This document shows positions 11,559-24,733 of a DNA stretch of 64,000 nt, piece after piece. Every line of letters starts with the position of its first letter. Positions within the stretch are counted from its first letter, which is position 1. The position numbers and the translations under genes are program-made. The DNA comes from Trichosphaerium sp. ATCC 40318 (Eukaryota > Protista > Tubulinea), in assembly GCA_038496445.1 (NCBI GenBank), contig JALMLS010000015.1, forward strand, positions 727,303 through 791,302, written 5' to 3'. The notes under the pieces are model-generated. The model worked only from the letters and a program-made list of their open reading frames with translations. It was not told the origin of the DNA and ran no database searches.

Positions 11559-14500
11559 TTACAGTACAGCGTCTTTTGAGTTTGTTTCTTTAAGCGTTGA
11601 CGCTATGTAATGTATTAAAACAAATATTGTTAAGCAAGTAAACATACCATTGCTTGTGTTAGTACCAGTATGGACAGAAGACATTTTAGTACTTTGTTTA
11701 AAGCTCGCTTCTATCATGTACTTATGTCCAAAAAGAGCAATTACAGTCAAAGCTACGCGTATGTTAGAATGTTTGGCAACTCGGCACGTGGTAAATTACA
11801 TACCTGTTCCAGCCATTACAAGAAGAGAAACAATTAAGAAAGATGTAAACCTCTTGAGATTCGCAAAAGATAACCCAAATGCTATCAAAGCGAAAAAGAA
11901 GATATTGTATATTGAGAAAAATAGTACTTTTGACTCATTGTAGCGTTTAATTGGAATCATTCTAACTCGGAATGCAAGAACGCACCCAAAAAGAAGCAGT
12001 AGGGCCTGTGGTACAGTTAAAATCGGAGTAAAGTTTAAAAACGGGTAAGGAGAATTACAAAATGATGTTTGAAAACTCGGATTTGTGAACGTACGTTTGT
12101 ACCAATAATGATGTACAGGAAAATGTAGTATACAAGATCGTGATCACATTGGTAGTAGTTAAGACCGTGTCTAATCTCATCAACAACCACATACTCTGTT
12201 GTGTACTTGCCAAGAATAGTCTACAACAATAAGTCTAAAAACAAAAAAAGAATTATTACCAAAAGAGTGAGTAACACCATATGAACACCCAAAAGCGCTG
12301 ATACCCACATGAGAACTTTAAGGTTTGAAATACTGAATACAGTTGTACTCTCGTTCCTCCACAATCTCTCTATTCTTAGAGTTTTTGCAAGAAACGGACT
12401 TGACACAAGTTAGAAAAAAAACGCTTACTTTGAGTGTCTTTTTCGCACCCAAACAGTAGAATGAAACCAATATCTACTAACCAAACACGTGCTATACACG
12501 TGAATTTTGATACAATATTAGGCATAAAAAAGAAGGGGCTGAAGTAAAGTATAATGCTTCCAATGAGAATAAACAAAAGGAACAAAGGAGATGACGCCTA
12601 CAGAAGAATCATTAAGTAAAAACTCTTGATTGTGACCTACAGTAAAAAGATTCCGGGTCCGCTTTGTGAATATCATTGTAAACGTTATTAAAGCTAAGAA
12701 AATAGATAGGGCTATGCTCTTTAGAGTGAAAACAATGGCAACAACAGTTACAAATATTTCACTCCAATGACCTTTCTTCATGTTAGTTCATTCATAAAAT
12801 TACTAACTATATGGAGTTCTTAGCGTACCGTACTCTTGCTTGAAAATACGTTCTTTCCAGGTAGGCATAGGATAAACGAAATCATGTGTTTTAAGACGTT
12901 CAGGAGCAATAACTTCTCTTTTTCCGTTTATGTATTGAATAAAAACTCCTTCTCTTTGCTGAACTTGGTCTGCTCCCCATGAATAACGACCTGATATTGT
13001 ATCAAGCTTCATAGAGAATACTGCTCTATATAATTCATCTTGGAATAATCTGAACCCAGCTGTTGTAGTATTTTCCATGTCCTTAAAAATTGTTAAACAA
13101 AAATTTCTTCAACAACTCCGTACATCTTGGGAACACGTGCACTCATCTTCGGTGTCTATAAAAAGACGCCCATTTTCATCAATCTGAATACACTATTAAT
13201 AAAGTGTACTAACAAAAATAATCACGTGCATCAAGTGTATGGTGTTTTGCTACTTGTTGTATACCCTCCCGAACAAGCAACGACATCGTTAGAGCGTAAA
13301 CGTGTGCTTCCGAGACAGTGACATTGAATCGATTGTATATATCCTCACCAAACTGTTTCATTGTACCATAAGTGGTTGGCGAGAAGCTAGCACTAGGCTC
13401 GAACTAAAAGACAATATCAGCTCAACTCTAGTAGTTCCTCAAACCCGTAGAAATGTAATTATATTAACCAGAGTTCGCGAAAGAGATGTGAAGTTTGTTC
13501 TACTTCATTATGATAATCAACACAAATAACGTACCACAGCTACACCTGAGCGAAATTCCCTAAGGTCGTAATCAATGTTTTCTGCAGTCAGTGGCATTTC
13601 ACTCACAAAAGCTACGGAGAGAAAACTAAGAACAAAAAAAACCCACCATTGTACGAATATTAGAAAATAATACCTTTTGGCGTGTAGTCCATGTCTCGAA
13701 AGTAGCTTGAAAATATATTACCAGTACGAGATACAGGGTGACAAAATATCCATGCGTCTGGATCCTCAGATATTACTTCATCAGCAGTATCCGTAATATT
13801 TTTTGTATAACTCGGAGGATAGTCTGCAAGTGGCAAATCAGATCTAATACCAAAGTCTATGAACCGGGTTATGAAAGGTACATAGAAACAAAGTAATATT
13901 GTACTTCTTGTAAGAGGTATAACGTGTGTGCCAACAATCGTAAAAGCGTTATCCGCCAAGTACTCCAAAAAACTATCACTTTGGCATCTGGCAACAGCTT
14001 CTTCCGCGTAAATCAAACTAACTGTACTCGCACCAGCTAGTCGTAAAGAATTTAAAGTAATCCTTTTTGAAAGAATAAATAAGCAAGGCGATGAGTAATT
14101 TGTGACATCACGTGATAGTACGTAGTACGTAGCATAAAGTCAGAAAAAATTAAATTTACGCACCTGAACATATCTTCACTTGGCGATACTATAGAAACAC
14201 CACGCCTAGCTTTACCGAAACCAGCACCAATCCAAAAGACTATAGAGCTGTTAATATTTTCGCTAAACAAGCGAAAAACTACGCACATCCTGCTGCATCA
14301 ATTTGTTCAAGTATTTCACCAACGGCTGTAGAGCTTGGTGTACCAAAAGGACCATAGAACACTGAAACACTCGAATCATTTATGTACTTTTGATATAACG
14401 ACTTTGTAATAGTTATGTTTCCCCCATCATCCTCTATTACAAACTTGAAGCGAATATTTAAAGTGTCATTATTTTTATCGCGAACCTAACACAAAAAAAA

Positions 14501-14832
14501 TGTTAGTTGACGCTTTTTTTTTAATAGAACTTGTGACTTACAACGGCAGGGTTGGTCTCCATCCATTCTTCAACAAATTGTAGTCCATCTCTTTAATGGA
14601 AAGAGTTAATTTTCTTTGTAAGGGCAGGTGTTAGTACCTTGCTGGCTCCGCTATGCCTCCTGCAAAGATAACACTTGATAGTGGTAATGACAATCCTAAA
14701 ATTGATTATTGGTTATTCTTGAGGTATAAAATCATCGCTATTACGTATTTTGATATCCCTGTCGTACTCTTTACATGATGCTAAATAAAAACAGGCGATA
14801 CAAGCTAAGAAAATAAGGTTAGAGGCAGCCAT
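11559..14832 (-). CDS. Class C (GABA-B/Grl-like) GPCR with Venus-flytrap/periplasmic-binding ectodomain and 7TM
   Basis: Signal peptide, IEDDGG...FYGPFGTPSS, DYTPK, KLDTISGRYSW, FVYPMPTWKER, then TM motifs ASSPLFLLFILIG, CIARVWLVDIGFILLFG, FLAKTLRI, LAFRVRMIP..YNESK. GT-AG introns. Confidence 0.85.
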
Positions 14833-15416
14833 TGCCACTTTTGCAGTTTTTTTGGTTTTTTCGTGAAGCACGTGATTTACCTGCTTTTACTGCATAGGAA
14901 CGCCTGTCAATTCGGCGTAGTAGATGCCTCACTGATACCTAAAAGCTTATTTCCGTACTATAATGGAAAAACACAAAAAAAAGCATGGCGGTACTGCATA
15001 GCACTTTGGCGAACCTTCACTTTGCATTACAGGACGATGTTTCACATCAGCAACGAACCAGGATGAATAAACTTACATTGGGAGTTAACAACAATCTGAA
15101 ATTTACAATAACGTCTCACATAGCGACCAGGTCTTCATTATTGAGGTTTCGTTGTTACAAGGCGTAGTGAGAAGTTTTGAATCAGAATTGATGAAAAAAA
15201 TTCCTTCACTGGAAAATAAACTTTCCTGTTTTTGATTCTGCCTGGGTATAGCTGGCGAAAAATCGATAACAGTGTCAGGTTGTGTCTTTTGTAATTTTTT
15301 TATTTGAGCACTGTGGTAAAAGGCTGAGCGATCCCAATTTGTGATTGAGGGGAGCAGTAACAATATAAAATTTAGCCGCCAATTACCACGTGTGCATCTG
15401 CTAGCTAACGTTGTAA

Positions 15417-16446
15417 CTATGATTCAGCTAGGTCGTTAATAGCCTGAATCCATGCAATTGTTTGAGTGCACCCAGAGAACTGTACACTAGAGGCAAACCT
15501 TAGATAAAGTATGGAATCAGAAAAACAAGGTTTTCGAACCTTTTCCCACTTTCTCTCATTGTAAGCACATAATAAGGTACTCCATTAACGCCATAAGTGT
15601 TCCTAGACTCAATTTCTTGTTCTAGAATTTCTTTCTTATTTCTATCACTCTCAATGTACTCTTTGACGCCCTTGTACAACACATGAGACAAAGTTTATGG
15701 ATTCAAAAGAAATAACTATCCGTACAACAAGTCCTGCGTTTGTACCAATCTGATCAAGTACATTTGCATCACTAATGATAGCAGCATCTTCAAAATATGC
15801 TTTGAAAAGAGTATCCATCAACTAAAGTAACAACACAATGTCACAGGATAATATCAAAAAAAAAAAAGAAAAAAAAAAGAAAATTTCGTTGAAGTCTTCT
15901 AAAAAGCAGCCAAATAAACAAACAAGCTAATACATACATTGTTAAGTTTACCTTGTTCCTTAGCTAATCGTATTAAACGATGAGAGTCAAGAGTTGGAAC
16001 AACAAACCTTTTATTGTTTATCGCAATGCCAACCTTTTTACCTTTTGTCCAAAAAAAGTTAAAATCGAAGAAAAAAACTGTACTGCTTACCAGCTGTTGG
16101 TACAGGTCCATCGACGCGTGATTTGTATCCGTGAGTGGCTAGAAACATCAGTTAAAGAAGAAACGCAAGAATTTATAAAAAATTGTGTTTTTACATTTGC
16201 ACGTTGCGTACCAAGTAAGTAATCATCCAGAGGTACTCCTTGCTTTGGTACTCTACCGCGTGGTACTAAAAAGAATGGTCTCCAATCAACTTGAGCGGTT
16301 TAGAGTTAAACGGTTTTAAGTAACGTACCAGTAAAGTCATACTTGTTTTCCAGACGTTTCAGAGCGTTATCTAGATGTTTTTTGCCAATATAACACCACG
16401 GACAAACATTATCAGATATACACACTACATCGACTTTCTTGCTCAT
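15417..16446 (-). CDS. DsbA/FrnE-family thioredoxin-fold oxidoreductase
   Basis: ISDNVCPWCYIGKK, VDWRPFFL, PTLDSHRLI, LFKAYFED, YGVNGVPYY; six exons. Confidence 0.9.
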
Positions 16447-16537
16447 GTTGAAAGTTAATTAGGTCTGTTACAGGCTTGGAAGTGTAGAAAAACTTAACGA
16501 ACAGGATGTTTTAAGTCAACACCAAGAACTACATAAT

Positions 16538-16652
16538 TTATACGCCACACAGGTATTGTAATCCATCAAAGTTGGATATATCAACTCCACATTGCTTATA
16601 CGCCATACAGGTATTGTAATCCATCAAAGTTGGATATATCAACTCCACATTG
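16538..16652. repeat. 58-bp tandem duplication of the 3' end of the MORN gene
   Basis: TTATACGCCA(C/T)ACAGGTATTGTAATCCATCAAAGTTGGATATATCAACTCCACATTG at 16538 and 16596. Confidence 0.9.
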
Positions 16653-17297
16653 AGTTAATTGACCATTGTCATGCCATTCTTTGTATTCACCCTGTTTTAT
16701 GTTATCTTTGTAATGGTATTGCATTAATAACAGACCGTTGTCTCGCCACTCTTTGCATTCACCGTCACACGTCTTCTTTGAAATCACATTGTACTCGTAA
16801 TTGTCCGTTGTCATGCCATTCTTTGTATCCACCCTCTCGTTTCCCGTCCTTACAATGCCATTTTACACTAAGAATACCATTTTTTTTATGCCAATACTTG
16901 CCTTCCCCTTGTATTCGTTTATGATCATCAAAGTAATATTGCCCTGACAACTGACCATTCTCATAAAACTCTTCGCACAATCCTTTCTTGTCTCCTCTTA
17001 AGTATAGCCGCATTTTAACCTTTTTGCTGTTTTCATAAAACTCCTAAAAAAAACCGTTTTAGTAAAAAAAAGTGGGTTACGTACCTCCTGCGTAGGTATA
17101 AAATTACCAGCGTCAGTTGAGTAGAATCGCAAAGGAGAACGCAATGCCATCGCGCTTGCAGTATTTACTATGTGACGGCAATGTAATGAACCATACAATT
17201 GTAATGTTTTAGCCTTGCATATTCTAGGCTTGTACTGTGATTGCCTTATCGCAACGTTAGCTGTTAATTGTCTTAGGACACCTACTAAACGTAACAC
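16596..17297 (-). CDS. MORN-variant (YwqK-like) repeat protein with mitochondrial-presequence-like N-terminus; one frameshift near 16768
   Basis: Arg/Ser/Leu-rich leader (..MALRSPLRFYST), an intron, then GEYKEWHDNGQL-type repeats split over two frames. Start codon uncertain (ATG at 17150 or further upstream). Confidence 0.7.
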
Positions 17298-17569
17298 ATC
17301 CTAAAAACGGTGAGATATAGGCAAGCTCATTTTCTTTGTCTATTGTACGTACGTAGCAACATAACTGTAGGCCTCAGTGTTCACAAAAAAATGAGATTAC
17401 TGGAGATCCTTGCGGCTTAAGCCGTTTGGGAGATTCTTTTGTAGCTGGTAATATTTTTTAAGAGTCTATAACTCATGGCAACATACTTTGCTTACCGCCC
17501 ATTAAGGCTAGACGAAAAGTACTGTCAAACATAATCCTTAAAAACATGTGGTGTCGCAATTAAATACAT

Positions 17570-17875
17570 GCGTTGGCATCTAGTAAGTTGGTTTATATCC
17601 TTAAAGCTACAGGAAGATCCTAAAGACGTTGAAGAAACTCAAATCTTTCGAAACTCCGTCAGGGCAAAATGATGACTTCATGACATCAATGTACTGTATA
17701 TTGAAAGGATACTTTGGATTGGTTTTTGAAGAAAGACAACTCTTCTTGTGTTTTCAAATGCCAGTTGACATGTTTGTAAAGTGGTGGTGAGTACAAGACA
17801 TAATCGGACAACCTTAATGAATGGTGATTACGTGATAAAGATTTTACTAGTCCAATTGAATGGGATCAAAGTATT
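17570..17875 (+). repeat. Deletion-riddled tandem copy of 17876-18304
   Basis: Collinear with the downstream copy but 306 vs ~429 bp, with many small gaps. Confidence 0.85.
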
Positions 17876-17878
17876 GCG

Positions 17879-18367
17879 TTGACATCTAGTAAGTTGGTTT
17901 ATATCCTTAAAGCTACAGGAAGATTAGAACAGTGGGAAAATAAAGACGGTGAAGAAACTTCTGTAATATCTTTCGAAAAACAGGAGATTAAGACATTCCG
18001 TCAGCCTTTATTTGGCCGGAAATATACTCCTCAAGGTGACCCTGTACTTCATTATCGACCAGAGCATTTAAAGTATAAGAAGTATGTAAGGAACTGGGAT
18101 ATTGAAAGGATACTTTGGATTGGTTTTATGAAGAAAGACAACTCTTCTTGTGTCTTTCAAATGATGCCAGTTGAGATGTTTGTAAAGATACTAAGTTTTT
18201 GTGGTGAGTACAAGACTGGATATATCGTTGACAACCTTAATAAGAATGGTGATTACCAACGTGATAAAGACTTTACTAGTCCAATTGAATGGGATCAAAG
18301 TATTGTGCATGTTGACAACAATACAATCCAAATAAGACAAATAACATTAATGCGAAGGAAAAAGTAA
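17879..18367 (+). CDS. Hypothetical protein with an internal/C-terminal F-box-like helix (ERILWIG...CVFQMMPVEMFVKILSF); N-terminus unresolved
   Basis: 162-aa ORF containing an (L/M)PxE..x.IL.F motif. Confidence 0.55.
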   Translation: MTSSKLVYILKATGRLEQWENKDGEETSVISFEKQEIKTFRQPLFGRKYTPQGDPVLHYRPEHLKYKKYVRNWDIERILWIGFMKKDNSSCVFQMMPVEMFVKILSFCGEYKTGYIVDNLNKNGDYQRDKDFTSPIEWDQSIVHVDNNTIQIRQITLMRRKK

Positions 18368-18671
18368 AACAAAGACGTAAGAATGTATCAATAAAAAGAT
18401 CTAATACAAACACAAGTTGCTGAGAATATCCACAACAGAGCGCTTAATCCGGTTGCTTGTCCACACAAACAAACAAGTGGCTGTTTTGCGACGTTAAAAG
18501 CCGTCACCGAAAAAGTAACTTACTGATATTAGCTTTGACACGTGATTTCTAGAGATATAGCACTGAATATTTCTTGTTATTGCAAATAAAAAGTATTGCC
18601 ACCTAATAGAAAAGTGTCGGTTATTCTCACTTTTATAGCAAGTACTCGCTTGTTACAGTACATTGTTAATG

Positions 18672-19330
18672 TCATTGCTTTGCGTTATGACAAGTAACTA
18701 TAGTATGAAGAAAACAAGGATTGTTACTAGACAGCAACTCCAACATCTACCACTTCTTCGTTCAAGTCTAATTCTGTCTATTTTCTGGTCTAAATCATAC
18801 AACATGCACTTAATTAGAATGTTGTTCCTCTCCTTGGGTTCTACCTTTCTCTCTTAAGCACCAATGGGTGAAAAATACCTGGAACAAAGATACAAAGTAA
18901 ATCAGATGGCTGATGCATAGTAACAGTCGGTTTTTCCCTCTGAAGAAGCCTCTTCACAAGTTTAATGTAAGTACAAGACAGTAAACAGCGAGTAGTAGTA
19001 CCAGTGTTTATAAGATCGAGGTGTACTTTAAACCCTTCGAAAGTAAGGTTTTCAAACTCGATTGGTGCAGCAAGTATGAGCAAGTTCTATGTCGTGTAGA
19101 TTTCCAACATGTGAAATAGCTTCAACTGTCGCATTCAAAGTAGGTTTTACCTTGGAAAACTCAAGAATTTCATTAACAAACGCGTCATTGCCATCACACG
19201 CAGTGTACGCATCATAAAATGTCGGTAACACTGAGACAAGACCAGCAAAAGCTTTAGGTATGGTTAGAACTATAAAACCCAAACAGATGATTTTCACGTG
19301 AACTTGTTATGTCGGTACCTAATCCAAAGG
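18672..19330 (-). pseudogene. Multi-exon hypothetical gene lacking an in-frame start
   Basis: Exon-like segments (AFAGLVSVLPTFYDAYTACDGND..; EPKERNNILIKCMLYDLDQ..) with GT-AG introns. Upstream DNA is the 3' UTR of the inverted-duplicated type-A gene. Confidence 0.35.
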
Positions 19331-19442
19331 CAATAAAAATACGTGAAAACGTTACAATCAAGACTGACTAGAACCCTTTCTTTTATTCATCTATAAGCAC
19401 AAACCACACGTGCCTCAAAAAAAAGAAATATAAATTAAACGT

Positions 19443-22106
19443 TCAATCGTTAAGTTCAGTGCTCATCGTTTCGATTTCTTTTGGCTTTCTGAGAGACCAA
19501 GGTACAATTACCCTTCTCACAGGTTTAATTACAAATATGGCTATGATAAATATGATAAAAGTCTGTTCAGAAAAAGGGGTAAGAAAGTGTACTTGAAGAA
19601 TGACTTGAAAAGCTGTTACGTACAAATAGCACTCCAAACGTTACACCAAGCACGATTGGTAAAATACTGTCATCTGAACATTCGTCTGTAAGTAGTAGGA
19701 GAGCAAGACTTTGTAAAGTTAATTAAAAACAAATACACCTAAAACAATATGTTACCCTGTTCTCGAGAGTTGTTGTTCATGATTTACACAATCATTAGCG
19801 ATTACTTCAACACTTCCATTAATACACGGTGATGAAATAGCGTTGATGACAGTGTCAGATGATGTGTCTACTCCTGATACGTCAACAACAAATGAACTGT
19901 TTGGAAGTATCACTAAGCATCCTAAAATGGAGATTGTCAATTTGGGCACACTACAGCATGTGGTACAACTAAACAAAGTTCATACAGAACTTACCTTTTA
20001 CTGACAGAGTGGTACTTTCTTCATCATCAAACACAAGAATCACCTCACCACCATTTGTGAAATCACCTTCAATCACTGTGGGCGTACTGACACTTATTGA
20101 AATATCAGAGGCAACAATTACATCAGCTGCGATAACACATGATGTCATGGGATCACATTCAAGACAAGTGCTATCAATACACTCAATAGTTTTGTTTGGA
20201 GGTATTGGTGGAACTGATGGTTCAATTGTTGGTGAACTGACTGGCTGAATAACAGGAGCAAGTGGTGCTGGCGTATTTGTCGGTGGAAGAGTTGGAGCGA
20301 GACTAGGAGGGAGGGTTGGAGGGATGATATCTAGAAAAGTATAAGTTCTCGAATAAAAAAACAGAGTTGTTCATACAATCACAACTGAAAAGTTTACTAT
20401 CAGTGTTGATAAAAGCAGTTTGTTGATTATTGTCCGATGCCAGCAACACCTTGTAAACAAAAATGGTCAGAAACAGATTTAACATGCATATAAAACGTAC
20501 AACAAGAATGCAATTATGCCTATCAAGTATGCCACTAATGGAGTAATCTTGCACATCAAACATCATTTGTTTCTGAATACCCTAGTTAATGGTGTAAGCC
20601 AAATTGACCATTCTTTGCTTCAATGAAAGAAAAACTGAGGAAGGCTAAAAAACACAATTAACAAAACTGTAACGTACTCCTGTTAGATTATTATTTGGTG
20701 AGAAATTCATCAAGTTTACAAGAGGCGTAAAATACATGTAAACAAATGGAGAATTTAGAGATGAAGAAACACTTTCTGATGTCATTGCAGACACCTCTAA
20801 TTTTGGAAAAACAAGTTTTTCTTTTTCAGATATTGAGTCACATTGCGTGTGCTCAATTTGTACACTGAAATAGTTCAAGTCTATGTCTACTACACGCATA
20901 TGAATAATATCTTCATCTGAGTTGTATTCTAATTCCACTTCTTTTAAAACAGCACCACCAGCATCGAACATGTAAGGAGCTTGTTGCTAAAAAAATGTTA
21001 GTGAAATTATATTGGTTTCTAGTGTATTGATCGCAGGTACACTTTGTGATCCGTTCCAGAGAACGAATACTATGTTGTCCAAAGGAAAAATTGATGCTCT
21101 CAGAAAACAATTATCATTCAGGAGAACAACTGAAGTGTCCACATTTTGAGGGTTATCGGCTTTAACACGTTAGTTTGATTGTATTTTAAGCAAGCTTTGG
21201 TTTGAGCCAATCTATTAACGTACATAGATGGAATTGAGATTCTAGTCCGTTGCTGATTATAATAAGTTGTGCGCTCTGAGAGGAAGTGGAATAACAATCA
21301 ACCAAGTAATCGTTACCAACTTAATAACATTGTAAGAATGAAATTTAAACAAACAACATAATAAACGTACAAGGTATTATTGGATAGTACTTTGTAACTG
21401 TGGTCGTGTCTACGACATTAGGCTCTATCAGTGTTTTGTTTTTTAATATGATTGACTTGAAGATTGAAACAAGCAGGTTAACATGTGTTGTAAGCGGTTT
21501 TAGTTAGGTTTTAACTTACGCTGTTTAATATATCTATGTCAAAATGAAGGATGCCCAATTCTCCACTTGGAGCTCGATACATTGCAATAAATTCAGGGAG
21601 ATGTGTTGGATCTGTGGAGGTTGGCACTTTGACATCTGCAACACTTGCTACGAAAACAGGTTCAAAAGTTCTATTTCCCGCTTTCAAATCTTTCACGTGT
21701 CAGTATCACGTTTTATCAGTGGAATGTGAGTTACCTTGTATTGTCGTTACTGCTACACTTACACCTTGTATACCGACGTTCGGCATTATATTAAAAACTA
21801 AATGCTTCTTTAAATAAAAAACCACTTTATAAAATAAAACAGTCACTTACTAGCACGTGATACAAAGATAAAATACGTAGCGTCTGCTGTGCTTATTGAT
21901 CCTATTTCTGTCGTTCCAACATCTCTCGTTATGCTTTCTGTCTCCATGATCCAATTCGATGCGAAAAACTCATCTTCTGGTGGTATTACAGCGTAAACTA
22001 GCAAAAGGGTTGGTATGGTACACTAATTGGAACTCGTGTTCAATTTACCTGATATCAATAACAATGAGTAAACTATTAACAAAAACGTCAAATCTGATGT
22101 GCGCAT
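19443..22106 (-). CDS. Type-A surface protein (left arm of the inverted duplication)
   Basis: Runs from MRTSDLTFLLIVLLIVIDI to ...VIVPWSLRKPKEIETMSTELND*; exons match 25595-28235. Confidence 0.85.
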
Positions 22107-23439
22107 GTTTGTGTTTAAGATATTATGTAACCTAATTTGGCCTATGCAGAAGAAGGAAAAAGTCAACTAGGATCTAATTTCAGCGCTCTGTCAGATCTGA
22201 CGGATCTGGCACTTCTGACAGACCTTGTAAATCCCACTTTTAAAAGACCTGCCCTCGCGCCTGTCCGCTAATCCAACCGTTTCACGTGATTTAACAAACC
22301 AAATTGGTATTTACATATTAGACACTGGTGACGTGTACAAAGCCTGGAGCAACATTGGTAGAGTTTTAGGGGTTTTTTAACGTTAGTACACCTACTTTGG
22401 TGTTTGATGCTGCTAGGGCGCCTTTGTTAGCGTGGGGTAGGCGCTAGAGTAGCGCTAGTAAGTTATACACGTTGATTTTTGAAGCAAAATACAGCAAACA
22501 ATGTTGTTGATGCATTCTGACCGTCTTTGGCGGTAATACGATAGCTTTGTAGGACCATACCTTTTTAATTCGCTTTTAGCTCATCGCATACTTCCTTGGT
22601 TTGATCTCACCTTGTACGGTGTGCGTAGGTAAAACACTGTGATCACTTTGCATGGTATTAAAACTGACAGATCATTATTATTAACTTATGTGACAAAAAA
22701 AGATATCTATCAGTAACAAATTTCCCTGCTCTAATAACTCAGCGCCCTTGTTTCATTTTATTCTGATACTCCGTATATATCATGCCTAAAAGCATACTTT
22801 TGGCGTGATCATGGTTTTTGGAAACAAGCTGGCAAACTCACTTTACTGACCCATTTTAGTGAACAAGTGCAATAATATTATATCTTTTGTCCAAGCACCA
22901 CTTTCGTAGGTATAAAGGCCTAATGAAATTAAGTTAAAAGATTAAAACAGCACCTTAGTGGTGCAGAATAGTATAAAGTTGGGGTACAACAAAAGTTAGA
23001 ATTTTTTGCCTGCTTTTTCGAATTTGTTACATGCTACACAGACTCTTGAATTCAAATTATACTAAATTCTATTTGTAGGCTCTTTCTATTGCCTGAATAA
23101 AGCTGCAGACTTGAATTGAAAACTGGTAGTAGCTACAGGCATTACCATAGAAATTGTTTTTTCTGCTTCCAAATTTGGCTGACACTAGGTACTGTAGTTT
23201 TATCAAGAGTGTTATATACTTGAACAAGCGTCTGGGGAGTGTGACACTCCCCTAAACACTGCAACATTGGTAGGGGTGTACAATTGAGCAACAATTTCTC
23301 TATACAACCAATAACATAAGCACTTTTAGCTGGTAGTGTATCACTTCAGCTTAGTTTTACACTTGTCTCTGTTTGCTCTTTTAACGTTTTTTTGGACCGT
23401 TATACATCCAACAGTAGTTTTGTGCAATGCACCTCACCG

Positions 23440-23630
23440 AAAGAATAAATCCAACACCATCTAAAGCTGATGAAACTCATTAGCCCTGGCATTACCTTTA
23501 TCACTAACTCTACAGTGATGACAATATCGCTGACTTACTGATAACAGACGCTAAAATCCATGGAAGATCAAACCTGAAAGACCCTCTATCAAAAACACAG
23601 GGTTAGGGCTAGACTCCCTCATAGACCTTG
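23440..23630 (+). mobile_element. Second remnant of the same LINE family
   Basis: Translates across frameshifts as LISPGITFITNSTV..ADLLITDAKI/PWKIKPER..NTGLGLDSL, matching INLGITFVTNATV..ADLLRADAKIPWKIQPER..STGLGLDSL at ~2070-2240. Confidence 0.8.
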
Positions 23631-23735
23631 GTATTACAATGTACATTTTCACACCTTTCTTGATATGGACAATAATTAAGTTACTTAAAATAAAACACGT
23701 TGTTTATCATCAATTACTCGCAAAGTGCATCGTGC

Positions 23736-24541
23736 ATGGCAGTTAAACGAAAGGTTCCATTTCAGTTTTATGTTTTAGACGACACTAACACTAAATAGAA
23801 CGCAAAGACGAACGTAGAACGAGCATTTACAAACCTACTAGACATTCCCGTAGAGCTATTGCTTGATATCTACGATAAGGACCAAGAAGTATTCACAAAG
23901 CTACCGTTGCTTGCAAAGCTAACAGCAATGGTAACCAGATATGATAACGAGTTGAAAAAGCACAGTAAATGGATACAGCGACAACAAAAGGGAGCTTTTA
24001 TTTTACGCAAACAACGCTGGAAACACGGTAAACTTCACGGAAAGTCAAAGAGATTCTATGAGAACAGTCAACAACTATTCAAAGAAACTGATTTTGTAGA
24101 CGGTGTAAGAGAAGGAAGCCACAAGGTGTGGTTCGCAAATGGTATACTAAAGAAGCATTTACATAGTTTTTGCTAAAGTGTTATCATTACAGCAAGGGAC
24201 AGCTTGAAGGAGGTTACAAGGAATGGTATGCGAGTGGACAATTGTCCGAGAAGTGTTATTATGAAACGGGCGAAATGGAGGGGAATTATAAGAAATGGAA
24301 TGAAAATGTTCAGCTAGTGGAGCTGCGTCAATACCAATTTGGACATCTTAATGGTACTTGTGAAAGATGGGATGAATATGGCAAAGTGAAGTCACTGGAA
24401 TACAGGAATGGTCATCGTTGGAAAGCTCAAGAAAGTCTAAGTTCCAGCGAGTCTGATAGTGACAATTGGAATGATAAACAATCGGCATATGATTGGTTCT
24501 ATGGGCGTGAAGGACACGAGTGGGACACAAGCGAATTGTAG
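23736..24541 (+). CDS. Basic exon + F-box-like + MORN-variant repeat protein, frameshifted near 24165
   Basis: MAVKRK|NAKTNVERAFTNLLDIPVELLLDIYDKD..LPLLAK..TRYDNELKKHSKW, then MORN repeats in two frames. Confidence 0.75.
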
Positions 24542-24733
24542 ACTGAGAATTATGTAGTATAAGATGACACATCAAGCACTGTTGGAATGCTTTTAGTTGT
24601 AATAGCTAATGAGCTGTATTACGAAGACTCTGTACTTCAGTTCTAGAGTAATAGCAAAGACAACAGATTTTCCGTGATTTTCATGCGAGCTGCAGTGCAC
24701 TCAATTAATAAAAGAAACTTTTTCCAACTCCTG

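Noticed and set aside
15417-16446. Selenoprotein form of DsbA
   Set aside because: The active site is CPWC with no in-frame TGA.
23598-23615. Telomere-like GGGTTAGGG
   Set aside because: It is the TGLGL codons of the LINE remnant, and only about 1.5 units long.
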